DNA of 64,000 nucleotides from the human T2T-CHM13v2.0 reference genome, Homo sapiens: NCBI RefSeq assembly GCF_009914755.1, contig NC_060938.1; one strand, 5' to 3'. Shown piece by piece: positions 28,719 to 40,812 of this stretch (position 1 is its first letter; each line of letters starts with the position of its first letter). The notes under the pieces were generated by a model. It saw only the letters and a program-made list of their open reading frames with translations, ran no database searches and was not told where the DNA came from. The position numbers and the translations under genes were made by a program.

Positions 28719-29119
28719 CTCAAAGTTTTTTTGTGTGTAATAGAATGATGGAAGAATTATTAAGGAAAACATGTCATTTCTGGCTTAAAAAGTTTAAGGT
28801 ACCAAAAAGATGGCCGTGGGAGCTAAAGCCACTGGAATCTCAGAGAGAACCTTGTAAATCTGTGACGCACTGAAGCTTAGTAACTTACACAAAATATTTG
28901 CAGAGAAAAAAAAAACCCGAAAAACTTTGAGTGGCGAAATGGGATGTAACAAATGGCAAAAGGATCTTTACTGTTGTTACTATGCAGGGAACTTATGTGA
29001 TAACATTGTTTAACATCTTTTTAACAGTTCTGGATAGAATTTATCCATCAACTTAACCAATTTACTGAGTACATAATATATGCTAGGTGTTGTTTTTTGC
29101 ATGATTTTTAATAGGATTT

Positions 29120-30100
29120 GTTATTGAGAATTCACTATGTGCTCAGCACACTTCTAGGCAATGGGGATAAAATAGAGAACTAAACAGACAATCCCTGCCA
29201 TCCAGGGAGCCTCCATTCTAGAGCAGGAGACAGGTGTAAACCTCATATAAAATCAGGTTATGGTGAGCAAACAGAATGAATTGAGTCTGGGTAAGAAGAG
29301 CATATGAAGCGAACTAGGTATGTAGTATGTGAGGGAACTAGGGTGTGGGGAATGAGATAACTGTACAAAATATGATGAAAGAGAATCTTTGGAGACCAAA
29401 AGCTAACGGAGTTTGGAATGGAAGAAGGTAGTGTTGAAGAGAGAAATTCACAATCCCCCATGTTGTGAGTCTAGAGTGATGAACGCTTGTAGCAAAGTGA
29501 TACACTAGGTTTGGATGAGCTGAATTTGAGATTTTAGTGAGACATCCAAGTCTATCAGTATTTCTCAAACTTCCGTGGGTGTCAGACTCACCTGGAGTAC
29601 TTGCCAAAAATCCCAAGGTTCAGACTAGGCCCTTTTCCTTCAACCAGCCTGGGCCTTTGTGTTCTTTATTAGCTCACTAGGTGTTTCTGACACACCAGAG
29701 TTTGAGAATCATTGGCTTTGACAGCCACAGATACAAGCCTGGAAAGAAAAATTGAGCAAAGGCTGGAGATGTATATTTTGGAGTTTCAAAAAGGTGTTAA
29801 TTGAAATGTAGGGATGGGCCTACTCTTGCAGCTGGTGAATATAACAGGGAAGGGAAGCCATAGGACAAGTTTTGGTTGTATACATGTAGGTGGTGGGAAG
29901 ACAAGGAGGAGCCTGAAAGAGCGACACATGAATTATTCAGCATAGGGGGGAAATGTGGAGAACTCAGTTCCCCTGTAACTGAAATGTGGGCTGTATGGAG
30001 GCAAAGCCCTCAGGATTACCTTATCCCTGGCATTGTGCCAGCATTTAATAGATAATCAATATTTGTTTATTGAATAAGTCAATGCATCCATGAATGGCTA
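29120..30100. mobile_element. L2 fragments with nested MER5-like hAT element (~29556-29715)
   Basis: tattgagaattcactatgtgctcagcac..., gagacatccaagt|cagtatttctcaaactt...tttgagaatcattg. Confidence 0.55.
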
Positions 30101-31132
30101 ATAAAAAATTTTTAGAATGTAAGTAGTCATATCACATGCAGTGGCTGAGGTCAAGAGACTAAGGGATAGCTAGTAGATTTAGTTAAAAGGAAGTTATTGC
30201 TATACAAGATATTGGGTAATTAAGTTTAAGCAGTGTGTTAGGCCCTCTAGTCATTTGTAACGTTCATCTTGAGCTGTTGATGAACACTGTAATAGCAATA
30301 AGATATATACACACATAATATACACACATATGTGTATGTATACATTGTATGCACATATACATGTAAAAGTATAAATATTTAGCTCTGGGGTCTTCATAGT
30401 GTCCTGTGGTTCTGTTGATATCCTGGAGCTGCTTCCTTCAGGCTGTAAATCTTGTGGGATGAAGTGTGATTTAGGAGTCTGAAAGATTGTGGAGAGCTAT
30501 CTATCTTCGGGAGGTTGGAACATAGACAAAAGCAATGAGATTCCAGGGACATGTCTTCAGTAAGCTAGATAATCCATTTGCCACCCTCAGTTTTTCAGCG
30601 ATTGCTCCCCAAGAATAGATATGATTTCTAGAGATTGCATAAAAATATAAAATCCTATTTTAAGATTTGTTTAAAGCTTTTTAATTCCAGACACATACTT
30701 CCTTTGCAAGTATAAACTTTAGTGTCATAAAGCAGAGATGCTTATTAGTCAGCTCTTTGGGATCTGCAGGTTTGTAGATGAAACATCTGACCTTTTTTGC
30801 GTTTTGAAATGTCATGCCCAATTGGATCTTAATGAAGATTCATTTATCCTTTTCACACTGTTAAGGATGGTCTATGGGGATAGACTTCTCTCAGTCCACG
30901 TGAACAGAACCCATTACTGCTAATGGAAGTTTTCCACATGGCTATGGAGGTGAATAGGCATTGAAATAATCTACATCTAGACTTTCACAGTCATTTTTAT
31001 GTAACTATTTTAAGATTTTCCTGATGATCCCTTTTTGTGCCCAAATGCTGTTTGACATCGTCTGTAGGTATCTGGTGATGGGTCTGAGGTTGTAACTTTA
31101 ACAGGTGTAAGTATTTCTTTCCTCTGTTTCAG

Positions 31133-31276
31133 CTGGAAGTTTTGAGAGTGAAATATTCACAGCCATTAAGAGACCTCCAAATTAATTTCTCAACATGCTT
31201 ATTCTATAGTTCACATTCAATCCAGAGCACTGAAGGAACTGAACAACTGGACACTGTAGACATCAGATAGCTGGCC
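31133..31276 (+). other. SYT16: 5' part (144 nt) of the 667-nt SYT16 exon: leader of the soluble isoform, containing the stop of the TM frame and a 4-codon uORF
   Basis: Polypyrimidine tract and CAG acceptor at 31113-31132. TAA 31183-31185 in the frame entering from exon 5419-5598. ATG-CTT-ATT-CTA-TAG at 31195-31209. Confidence 0.85.
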
Positions 31277-31799
31277 ATGGTGTTGGCCATGGCGTCTCAG
31301 GATGTTCAGAACTTCTTCCAGCCTTTCTCTTCCTGGATATCTCGGGTTTATGAAGCTCTCCAGCAAGCAGGAGATATGTTATCTGCTTCGCTGGTTAACA
31401 TAAGCAAACAAGACTCTAAATTGAGTGACAAACTAGATCAGGACTTAGATAATATTCAGATTCAGGAAACGTACTTTGAAGATGAAGAACAAGACAATGA
31501 TTGGAGTCAAGAGGATGCAAATTCCTTGTTTCTTGAAGTGGATCATTTCTCATGTTGTAATAGTGATTTGCAGGACTCTGCCCAAAATTCAAGCCCAAGC
31601 CTTAGCCAACATGCAAAGGACTCATGTTCCACAATGTCCCAGTGGCCCAATTGGGCCAGTGATGACCGCAAGTTACCACATGTGCTTTCTTCTATTGCGG
31701 AGGAAGAGCATCACCTTGAAAAGCAAAGAAGTGGCCTTCAACATGGCTTTGACAGCCAGCTCCCTGGTACTTTAGAAACTGTTAATGGAAAAAAGCAAG
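31277..31799 (+). CDS. SYT16: Synaptotagmin-16, first coding exon portion of the canonical TM-less isoform (174 codons + 1 nt; exon 31133-31799, rest of CDS downstream of window)
   Basis: Translation MVLAMASQDVQNFFQPFSSWISRVYEALQQAGDMLSASL...TLETVNGKKQ is recognised as the human SYT16 N-terminus. Strong Kozak gccATGG at 31277 with in-frame upstream TAG at 31268. Donor CAAG|gtaagc (GT 31800-31801), phase 1. Acceptor tatttctttcctctgtttcag (AG 31131-31132). Confidence 0.95.
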
Positions 31800-34700
31800 G
31801 TAAGCTAGCCAGTCATCATTTTCTCTGCGTTCCTCCAAAGAGCATTTCTACTTATTTTATTTTGACTTGTTTTTAGTTATCATGTGGATTTTATTTTTCT
31901 CTCTCTTATACCTTCCCACATACTGGCTTCTGATTGAGAGATATAATCCTTAGGAATATTTTCAATATATAAAGCTTTGGAGGATCCACGTTTGGGAGTT
32001 CCATATTTCAAAACAATAGTTCTGAGCAAGTGAAATGGTGAAAAACGAGTCTGTGGATTCTGTTTGAGAAGCCCCTTGTGCACATGTCATGCTTTTAAAA
32101 ATATCTTGCAAAATGTTCTTTTTTTCTTCTAGGTTAGGAATTTCTAGATGTTACTATATTATTCAGTGTGAAATCCTGTGCAAAAAGCCGTACTTATCGC
32201 AGAATTTTTAGTTGATAACACTCCAAGAACACTTCTCACAGTGTTTCACTGAGACGTGATGTGAGATGACAGTGGATAGGAAATCTCTGAAATAAGAATA
32301 GCTTGATTTTCTTTTAGCTCTGAATGGTAAGGACACATTTAATAAAAACTGCCTATAAAGATTTATGCTGTGAGAACTGAGCACATATTGGGCCTTCAAT
32401 AAATGTATATTGAATATGATAAAAATGTAATTAACTCTCTAAAAGTAGCTGAGGTGTGTTCCAGCATGAATTTCTCATGCCTCTAATACTCTAACCTTGA
32501 AGTAAGGACATTCCACCTGGTTAAGGGACAGAGGTAAATGATATACACAGAAGGGATTTGGGTATGTGTGCATGGTGTGTAGTTGTAATGCACATATAAG
32601 TCACACAGATTGGTGAGTCATTTATGTGATCTAAAGACAAAGTTATTCAATGTCCCTCTTGCTGGAGAGAGCAGACTTTTCTGGAATACCTCATAGTCCC
32701 TTCATTCATTTTCCATGATTCCTATTAGCTTTGTCTTTTTAGGGAAAAGTTTTATCCAGATATATGAAGTCTTGGCATATAAAGAAACACAATTTCATAT
32801 TCTTCTCATAATGCTCTCTTGATACTTTTATTCAAATTAAGGTAACATTGAAATGCTAGAATAAATTGGTGAAAATGAGGTAGGCTGATATTCTTTCTGA
32901 ACCTGATAAGCTGTAGCTAATTGCAATTTTGAGTCTTTTAAATTGGCTATAGAAATATTCTAGAAATATCTGGGCCAGCAGTAGAATTTCTTAGATTTGA
33001 GTTGAAATTTCGATTCCTATTTTAGAACATTCTTGAAAAGGTTGAACTATATTTGAAATTGATATGAATTTGGCATACCACTAATTTTGCTAATTTTTGT
33101 AATTGTAAAATCTAATGGCAGTAAAACAATTGTGTTCATCTGGCCTTTCCAGAGATGCTTATTCACTAGATTGGAGCCTCCAGGAAGTCAGGGACCATGC
33201 CATAGATTCATCTCTGTTTTCTTAACAATGAGCACAGTGTTGGGTAGGAGATCAAATAATAATTAACGATGGAACAGCAACAAGGAAAGCTAACAATGTT
33301 AAGAGGTAGATGCTGTTATTACTCTCACTTTACAGTTGAGAAAATTGATGGTGAGAGAGTTTGAGAACCTACCCAATATCCACATTTATTATAGGAAGAA
33401 GCAGAGCTCAGGCAGTCTCATACTAACATTTACACATACACATATTCTTTTTTTTCCTCTTAAAGGTATAATTTACTATAATAAAATTCATCCTTAGTGT
33501 ATAGTTCTATGCTTTTTGACAAATAGACACAGTCTTGTAGCCACCACAACCAAAGTATAAAATGGTTTTGTTATGTCAGAAAATTCTCCTACATTCCTTT
33601 TTAGTCAGTCCTTTCCCTATTCCAGCCCCAGACCTGTGTGGATACATTTTTAGCCTCTCTTGTTTTATCTTTTTCAGAATGTCATATAAATGGATGTACA
33701 CAGTTTGTCGTCTTTTGAGTCCAGCTTCTTTCACCTACCATAACGCGTTTGAGATTCATCCATGGTGTTGTGTGTTTCAGTAGTTTTCCCTTTTTAATTG
33801 CTGAATCATATTCCATTGAATGAATGCACCAGTTTGTTGATTGATCAGTTGAGGAATATTTCTGTTGTCTCTAGTTTTATTTATTTATTTCCAATATCAA
33901 TGTCTATTATTTCTTTTTCTTGACTGATTACACTGGATAGGGCTTCTATTATCATGTTAAATAAGACTGGTGAGAGTGAATATCCTTGCCTCAATCTTAA
34001 ACAGTGTTAAATCTTTCAGTCTTTCTCTATTATCCTCAGTAGTTAGGTGCAGGCTTCTGTAGATGCTCTTTATTATGGTGAAGTTCCCTTGTATTCTAGC
34101 TTCCTGAGAGTTTTATCAAAAAAAGGATGTTAAATTCTGTCAAATGCTGTTTCACATCTATTGAGATGATCATATGATTTTTGTTGTTTAGTATGTTGAA
34201 ATAAATAACACTGTTTTGAAAGTTGAGCCAATTTTGCATAGCTTGGATAAAATCCACTTGGTCATGTTATGGTATTCTTTTAATGTATTACTGGATTTGA
34301 TTTGTTAGTCTTTGCTAAAGATTTTTTTCCATTTTTTTTTTAGGGATATTGGTCTGTAGTTTTCTTGCAATATCTTTGGTTCTGGGTAATGTTGACTTCA
34401 TAAAATGAGTTGTGAAGTGTTTTTCCTTTCCTATAAACTAGAAAAATTTGTGTACAATTATTATTTTTTAATGTTTGCTAGAATTTTTCAGTGAAGCCTT
34501 CTGAGCCCGGGATTTTCTTTGTGGGAAGGTTTTGAAACATAAACTCAATTTATTTAATAGGTATAAGGGTAACCTAGTTTGTTTTTTTCTTAAGTGATTT
34601 TTTGGCACTGAGTTTTTCAAATTTTTTCATTTCATCTATGTTGTTGAAGTTATGGACATAGTAGTTAATTACTACTTTTTAAATGTTGTTAGGATTTATA

Positions 34701-35354
34701 GTAATTTCTCCCTTTATTTCCTGATATTGGTACTTTTTGTCTTTTTTTGTTGTTGATCTGTCTGGCTAGAGGATTATTTGTCTATCCACCTACCTATCTG
34801 TGTTTTTTCCAAATATCTCATTTTTGGTTTAATTAATTTATCACTATTGTTTTTCTGTTCTTGAGTTCATTAATTTCTGTTATTATTATTTTCTTTGTTT
34901 TTCTTGCTTTGGGAATAATTTGTTCTTTCTTATTTTCTATTATGGATGTATAATTTTCCCTCTCAGCAATGCTTTAGCTGTATCTAATAAGTATGAATGT
35001 ATTTTGTTTTTATTTTCATTCAATTAAAAATATTTTCTAATTTCCCTTGTTACTCCTCTTTACTTAATTGGTTATTTAAAAGTGTGTTGATTAAGTTCCA
35101 AATATTGGGAATATTCTATATATTTTTCTGTTGTTGATTTCTAGTTTTATTCCATTATGGCTTGAGCACATACTTTCCGTTATTTTAGTTTTTAAAAATT
35201 AATTAAGGTTTGTTTTATTACCCTGTCCTGAATTGTTGGATATTTCATGTGCACTTGAAAAGATTGTATATTCTGTTACTGGAGAGAGTATTCTATAAAT
35301 TACAAGTTTCTTGAGGCTATTTTTTCTGATTTTCTAATACTTATTTTGTCTCTC

Positions 35355-35389
<35 letters not shown>

Positions 35390-36216
35390 CGTACTGATTT
35401 TGTTCTGTTGATCACTAAGGGAGGAGCATTGAAGTCTGTAACTCTGTGGATTTGGCTATTTCTCTTTTTTATTTCTGTCAGTTTTTGCTTTACGTAGTTT
35501 GAAGCTCTGTTAAGTACGTACATGTATTAGAAATATGTATCTTCTTGGTGAATTGACCTCTTTGTCATTATGTAATGTACCATTTTTACCTCTAGTAATA
35601 TTTCTTGTCCTAAATTCTACTTTGATATTAATACAGCTGCTCCAACTTTCTTTTGATTAGTGTTGACATGATATATTCTTTTCCATTCTTTAAACCTATT
35701 TTATGTGGTAGGTTTCTAGTACATAGCATATAATTGGGTCTTACTTTTTAATCCAATATGACAAGCTTCCACTTTTAATTTGTTTTAACTGTTTGTATTT
35801 AATATAATTGTTGATATTGCTGAATTAAAATCTGTCTTCTTGCTAGATTGATTTGTTTGTTCCATCTGTTCTTTGTTTCTTTTATCCTAATTTTTCTGCT
35901 TTCTTTGTACTGAGTATTTTTATGATTTCATTATATATCCACTCTGGGCTCATGTTAAAAAAAGGCTTAATGGTCATCCTAGGATCCCTAATGCATGGAT
36001 CTTTAATTAACTTCAGTCTATCTTGAAATAATACTGTACTATTTCATGTATAGTTTGATGATGTTGCAACAGTATACTCAATTCTTCCTGCTTATCCTTT
36101 GTTTTATTGATGTCATATATTTTAGTCTTATACATGCAATAAACGTATAATACGCTGATACTGCTTTGCCCTAGACTATTGGTTATCTCTTAGAATGGTT
36201 AAAATAAGACAAAAAA

Positions 36217-36330
36217 AGGCTGAGGTGGGAGGAATGCTTGAGCCCAGGAGTTTAAGGCTGCAGTGAACTGTGATTGTGCCACTGCACTCCAGCCTAGGTG
36301 ACAGATTGAGACCCCATCTCTAAAAATAAT
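36217..36330 (+). mobile_element. AluJ right arm / FRAM-like fragment
   Basis: ggctgaggtgggaggaatgcttgagcccaggagtttaaggctgcagtga...gagaccccatctctaaaaa. Confidence 0.8.
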
Positions 36331-38016
36331 TTTTAAAAACCCCTCCTCAAAACCAAAAATTTAAAAAGATAAAAAGATTATATTTACCTCATTTATGCCA
36401 CATGAACATATACCACTTATGAATTATCTCAACTTTTCTTTGAAAAATGCGTGACATTTATGTTTAAAAATATTTTAATTATTTTTATTTATTACCTTCA
36501 TTTATTCAATTTGAAGCATTCTTCATTTTAACATTTCTTATACTGTATATATGCTGCTAAAGAATTATGTCAGCTTTTGCTTGAAAAATTTTCTCAATTA
36601 TTTGAAAAATATTTTAGCTAGGTATAGAATGTTGGTTGACAGTCATTTTCTTTCAGCACTTTAAGATTGCCATTTCACTATCTTATGGCTTGCTATAATA
36701 CTTTCATTTATTTTTCTGCATGTAATATGTGTTTCTTTCACTTGGAGCTTTGAAGATTTTGTCTTTATCTTTGGACTTCAGTAGAGTGTGTCTAGGAGTG
36801 TTTGTGCATGGACATGCATGCATGTGTATGTTTTGGTATTTGTTTTTCTTGTGTTTTCTAAGCTTATTAGGTCTGTGGGTTTAATGCTTTCATTACTTTT
36901 GAAAAAGTTTTGGTGATCATGTCTTCAAATATTTATTCTACCCCATTCTCTCTTGTTCCTCCTTCTGGTATTCAGTTGTACAAATATTAGATTGGTATTA
37001 TCCCACAGCTCTCAGATATTTTTCTTTGTTTCATCACTTTTTTTTCTTCTTCGTAGTTCAGCTTGGGTAGTACCTACTAACATATCTTCAAGTTTACTAA
37101 TATTTTCTTTGACAGCATCAAGTCTACGAAAGCCTTTTTTATTTTTGTTACCGTGTTTTTCGTGTCTAGCATTTTGATTTGATTGCATTTTAAAATAGTT
37201 TCAGTCCCTCTGCTCATCACTTCATGTACATTCCCCCCTTTTCATTATGGCTTTTAACATATTAATCACAGTTATTTTAAAATTCCTTGTCTGATAGTTC
37301 CAATATCTGAGTCATATTTGAGTTTGGCTGTCTTGGTTGTTTTGTCTCTAGACAGGATGTTTTTCTTTGTTTCTTTTTTGTTTGTCTTGTAATTTATGAC
37401 TGAAAATAGAACATTATATGTAGGGAAAGTATGCGATATTTTTTGCCTGGAAGTGAGCAAATCTTTTCTAATGCAGGATGTTTAGTGTGAGGGGGTTGAG
37501 TCAGTTTAGTCAGCATTTGAGTTGGGTTTTTGTTTTGTTGTTATCGTTCATCTCAGTGCAATACAGGCTTCAAAATGCTCTATTACTACATTGTGTTTAG
37601 GGTAGGGGCTTGTTTGTTACACAGTTTTGTCAATATTGGCTCCATCTTTAACATCGTCTCCTCTTTTTGCCTATGCATCAGAGAGTGTCTCTCCTTTCAG
37701 GCTTTTGCCCCTTCCCAGGAAAAGCCTGTTATTATGCATTACTTATTGTTTGCTAGTGTGATGTGGTTGAGTTGGAGGTTGTGTTTCCTGCTGTTGTAGA
37801 GTGCTCTCGGTCTTAGGCAATTGCTGTGTTCCTATGTCTTGAGGTTAGGACGTTCTCAGTAATCCTGCCTCTCTCCCCGGAGACAGGGGAATCTGCAGTG
37901 GTCTGACCCCAGGAGTTTTTCCTGCCCCTTCCCCAGGGATAGAAGTGTTTACTCTGTTCTGCTTACTCACCTTAACGTGTCTTTACCTGTGGTCTGAAAG
38001 CAACAGGATTTGCTGT

Positions 38017-38388
38017 TGTATTAGTGCATTCTCATGATGCTATCAAGAGCTGCCTGAGACTGGGTAATTTAAAAAGAAAAGAGGTTTAATTGACTCATAG
38101 TTCCACAGGGCTGGAGAGGCCTCAGGAAACTTAAAGTCATGGTGGAAGGGGAAGCAAATGTATCCTTCACATGACAGCAGCAAGAAGAATGAGAGCTGAG
38201 TAAAGGGGGAAGTCCCTTGTAAAACCATCAGAGCTCATGAGAACTTACACATTATTATGAGAATAGCATGGGGGAAACCACCCCCATGATTCAGTTACCT
38301 CCCTTTGGGTCCCTCCCACCACATGTGGGGATTATGGGAACTGCAATTCAAGATGAGATTTGGGTGGGGACACAGCCAAAACTTATCA
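38017..38388 (-). mobile_element. THE1C-like solo LTR
   Basis: tgtattagtgcattctcatgatgctat...gagatttgggtggggacacagccaaaacttatca. Confidence 0.85.
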
Positions 38389-39325
38389 GCTACCCTTCCC
38401 CAAGTGGCCTAAGGCTTTTGTTTCATAGTGGAAATTCAAGAGCAGAATCTTGGTGGGGCTTCTTATTTTGCCTGTAGTAGCCATTGTTCCCCTTCCTCAT
38501 GACTGTATCACGACAGCAGCTTTCTCTGCCCCTGCTCTCCACCCGTCTTTCTTGTGAGTGCCTGGTGAGCTCTGTGAAGAACTTCTAAGTGGGCTTGAAT
38601 TTCCATTTGGTTTGTGACTCCCATGGGTTCTGTACTTCTGTGCTAGTCCACTGGGCCTTTACAAATAACTGGAAAATATTCATTTAATTCTTACCAGCTT
38701 GTATGAATCTAGTATCTGCCCCTTGCCAGCAAGTGCTTGTGTTCTTTCTCTCCTTGAGATAAGTTGCCTCTTTTTAACTTTTGGACTAGTTGGTTGCTGA
38801 GTTTAAGAAAATATGTGATTTGACCACTTATATAAATTTTGTTGTTGTTTAAAGAGTGGGAGCATTATTTCCAACTGTCTACATCTTAAGTGGAAGCTGG
38901 AACATAGAGTTTATATGCTTAACACTACACTGTGAAATTGAATTGGACATTCTTATTAAACTGGGTAGCATGTTTGGGCTGAGGGATAATTGTGTAAAGA
39001 ACATATTGGTCTTCCATTAAAGAGTTCTGTGATGTGTAAGATATATGTAACCAATCCTATAAAAAAAGTTTGTGAGAAGTTATAGTTATGTACGTGATAA
39101 CTTTTGTGATGATTTTGCCAGAGGTGATCAGATAAAGTTCTTGTCAGGATGAGTCAGAATTTAATAAGTGAATGAAAGGAGAAAGGCATTCCACCTGGAG
39201 GAAATGTCGTGAATGCTGACATGTGAACAAGCCTGACATTTTCAGGGATGGATCATGAGGCTAGAGCTAAGGCTGTGATTGGGAAGGTCTTTGGTTTTTG
39301 TGTTAAGAATTTAGCCTTCATCCTG

Positions 39326-39720
39326 TGTATTAGTCCATTTTCACACTGCTATAAAGACATACCGGAGACTGGGTAATTTATAAAGAAAAAAGCTTTAATT
39401 GATTCATAGTTCTGCATGGCTGGGGAGGCCTGAAGAAACTTACAATTATGGCAGAAGGTGAAGGAGAAGCAAGGCACATCTTACATGGCAACAGGAGAGA
39501 CAGAGAGACAGAGAGAGAGAGCGCACAAGCGAGAGTGAGCAAAAGGGAAGCGTCACTTTTAAACCCTCAGATCTCATGAGTACTCCCTCATTATCATGAG
39601 AACAGCATGGGGGAAACTGCCTGCATGATCCAATCACCTCCCACCTTGTCCCTCCCTCCACACATGGGGATTACAATTCAAGATGAGGTTTGAGTGGGGA
39701 CACAGAGGGAAACCGTATAA
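39326..39720 (-). mobile_element. MSTA-like solo LTR inserted in an L2
   Basis: tgtattagtccattttcacactgctataaagacataccggagac...; perfect 5-bp TSD tcctg (39321-39325, 39721-39725). Confidence 0.9.
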
Positions 39721-39959
39721 TCCTGTAAACAGTTGGGAATCTTAGAAAGATCTTAATCAAGGGTAGCACCCACAGAACTCTGATATAGAAGGATAACTTT
39801 AGCATCAGTTTGGAGGCTAAATTGGAGGGGAGAATATTGGAGAACTATTATAGTAGCTTGTAAGAAGGAACCTAAGAGAATATGAACATATAAAGAGAAA
39901 TAATTGTCATTATTTTGTCATTGTTCCACCAAAAAGACGTGCCATGAAGAGTCTGTGAC

Positions 39960-40812
39960 ATGGTTCTGGCATGCAATGGGATACCACCTCATTACTGTGG
40001 AGGCAGAAGACGAGGTTCCCCTCTTGGCATCTTTGACCCTTGAAGAGGTGCTCTTCATTAATGCTGAGTTAAGATGGGAGTTCCATCTCCTCATGTGGTT
40101 TCCACTGACCCTGCGGTGTGGGTGGCCTCATTACCACTGGGTTGTGGTGAAAGTCTTGGGTCTCTACTAGACCTCCCTTGACATCACCTAAATGGGGAGG
40201 GGGAGGTGTGCCTCATGACTTCCAGGCAGGGGTGGTAGATGAGGCTTCCCAGATGGTCTCCAGTGAACACTGTGTGGGTGGGGGATACTCACCTCTGGCA
40301 TCAGGGATAGAAGTTCCAGTTCCTAGCTTGGCCTTGTCTGGCATGCCTTGTGAGAGTATTGGGTTGCCTCATTACAGATTGGTGAGGATGGAAGTCTAGG
40401 TTCCCTATGTGGCCTTGTCATGGGTGAAGATGAGGACACAATTTTTTTCTGTGCTGTTTGGCTGGAGTAGAGCAGGTCCTATCTAAACATTTTCTGGCTT
40501 ACTAGGCTGCCCTTTTCCTAGTCCTTTGGGAAGAAAGAGCAAGCCTTTATTGAGACTTTTGTTTTGGTCGGTGTACATTGACATTTTTGTGTTGCCAGCT
40601 TCTTCAGCTTCAGGTCTGGGATATATGAGGTAAAAGAGCCCAGGGAACTCACGACTGTGTTGTTCCTTGAGTCCCAAGGTTCCTATCCATTCTGCCTTCT
40701 TCTCTGTACTTCTCAGTCTTCTGATCTCTGTTTTATAGACAATGTCTAGGGTTTAGGGTGGTACTTAGAGGGAAGAAGAGGGAAAAGTATGCTCCCTTTA
40801 GCTTCCTGGAAG
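39960..40812 (-). mobile_element. Old L1M 5'-end (UTR) segment
   Basis: Ends ...gtacttagagggaagaagagggaaaagtatg...ttcctggaagt, typical of reversed L1MC/MD 5' termini. Confidence 0.5.

Larger units (their letters stand above)
33450..38900 (-). mobile_element. Long old L1M (L1MB/MC/MD-type) segments, antisense, with nested AluJ arm and THE1 LTR
   Basis: T-rich decayed ORF2/ORF1 motifs (tctattgagatgatcatatgatt, gtgcacttgaaaag, tttgaagctctgtt, ttttaaaattccttgtctgatagttcca); poly-T at 35358-35388. Confidence 0.8.
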
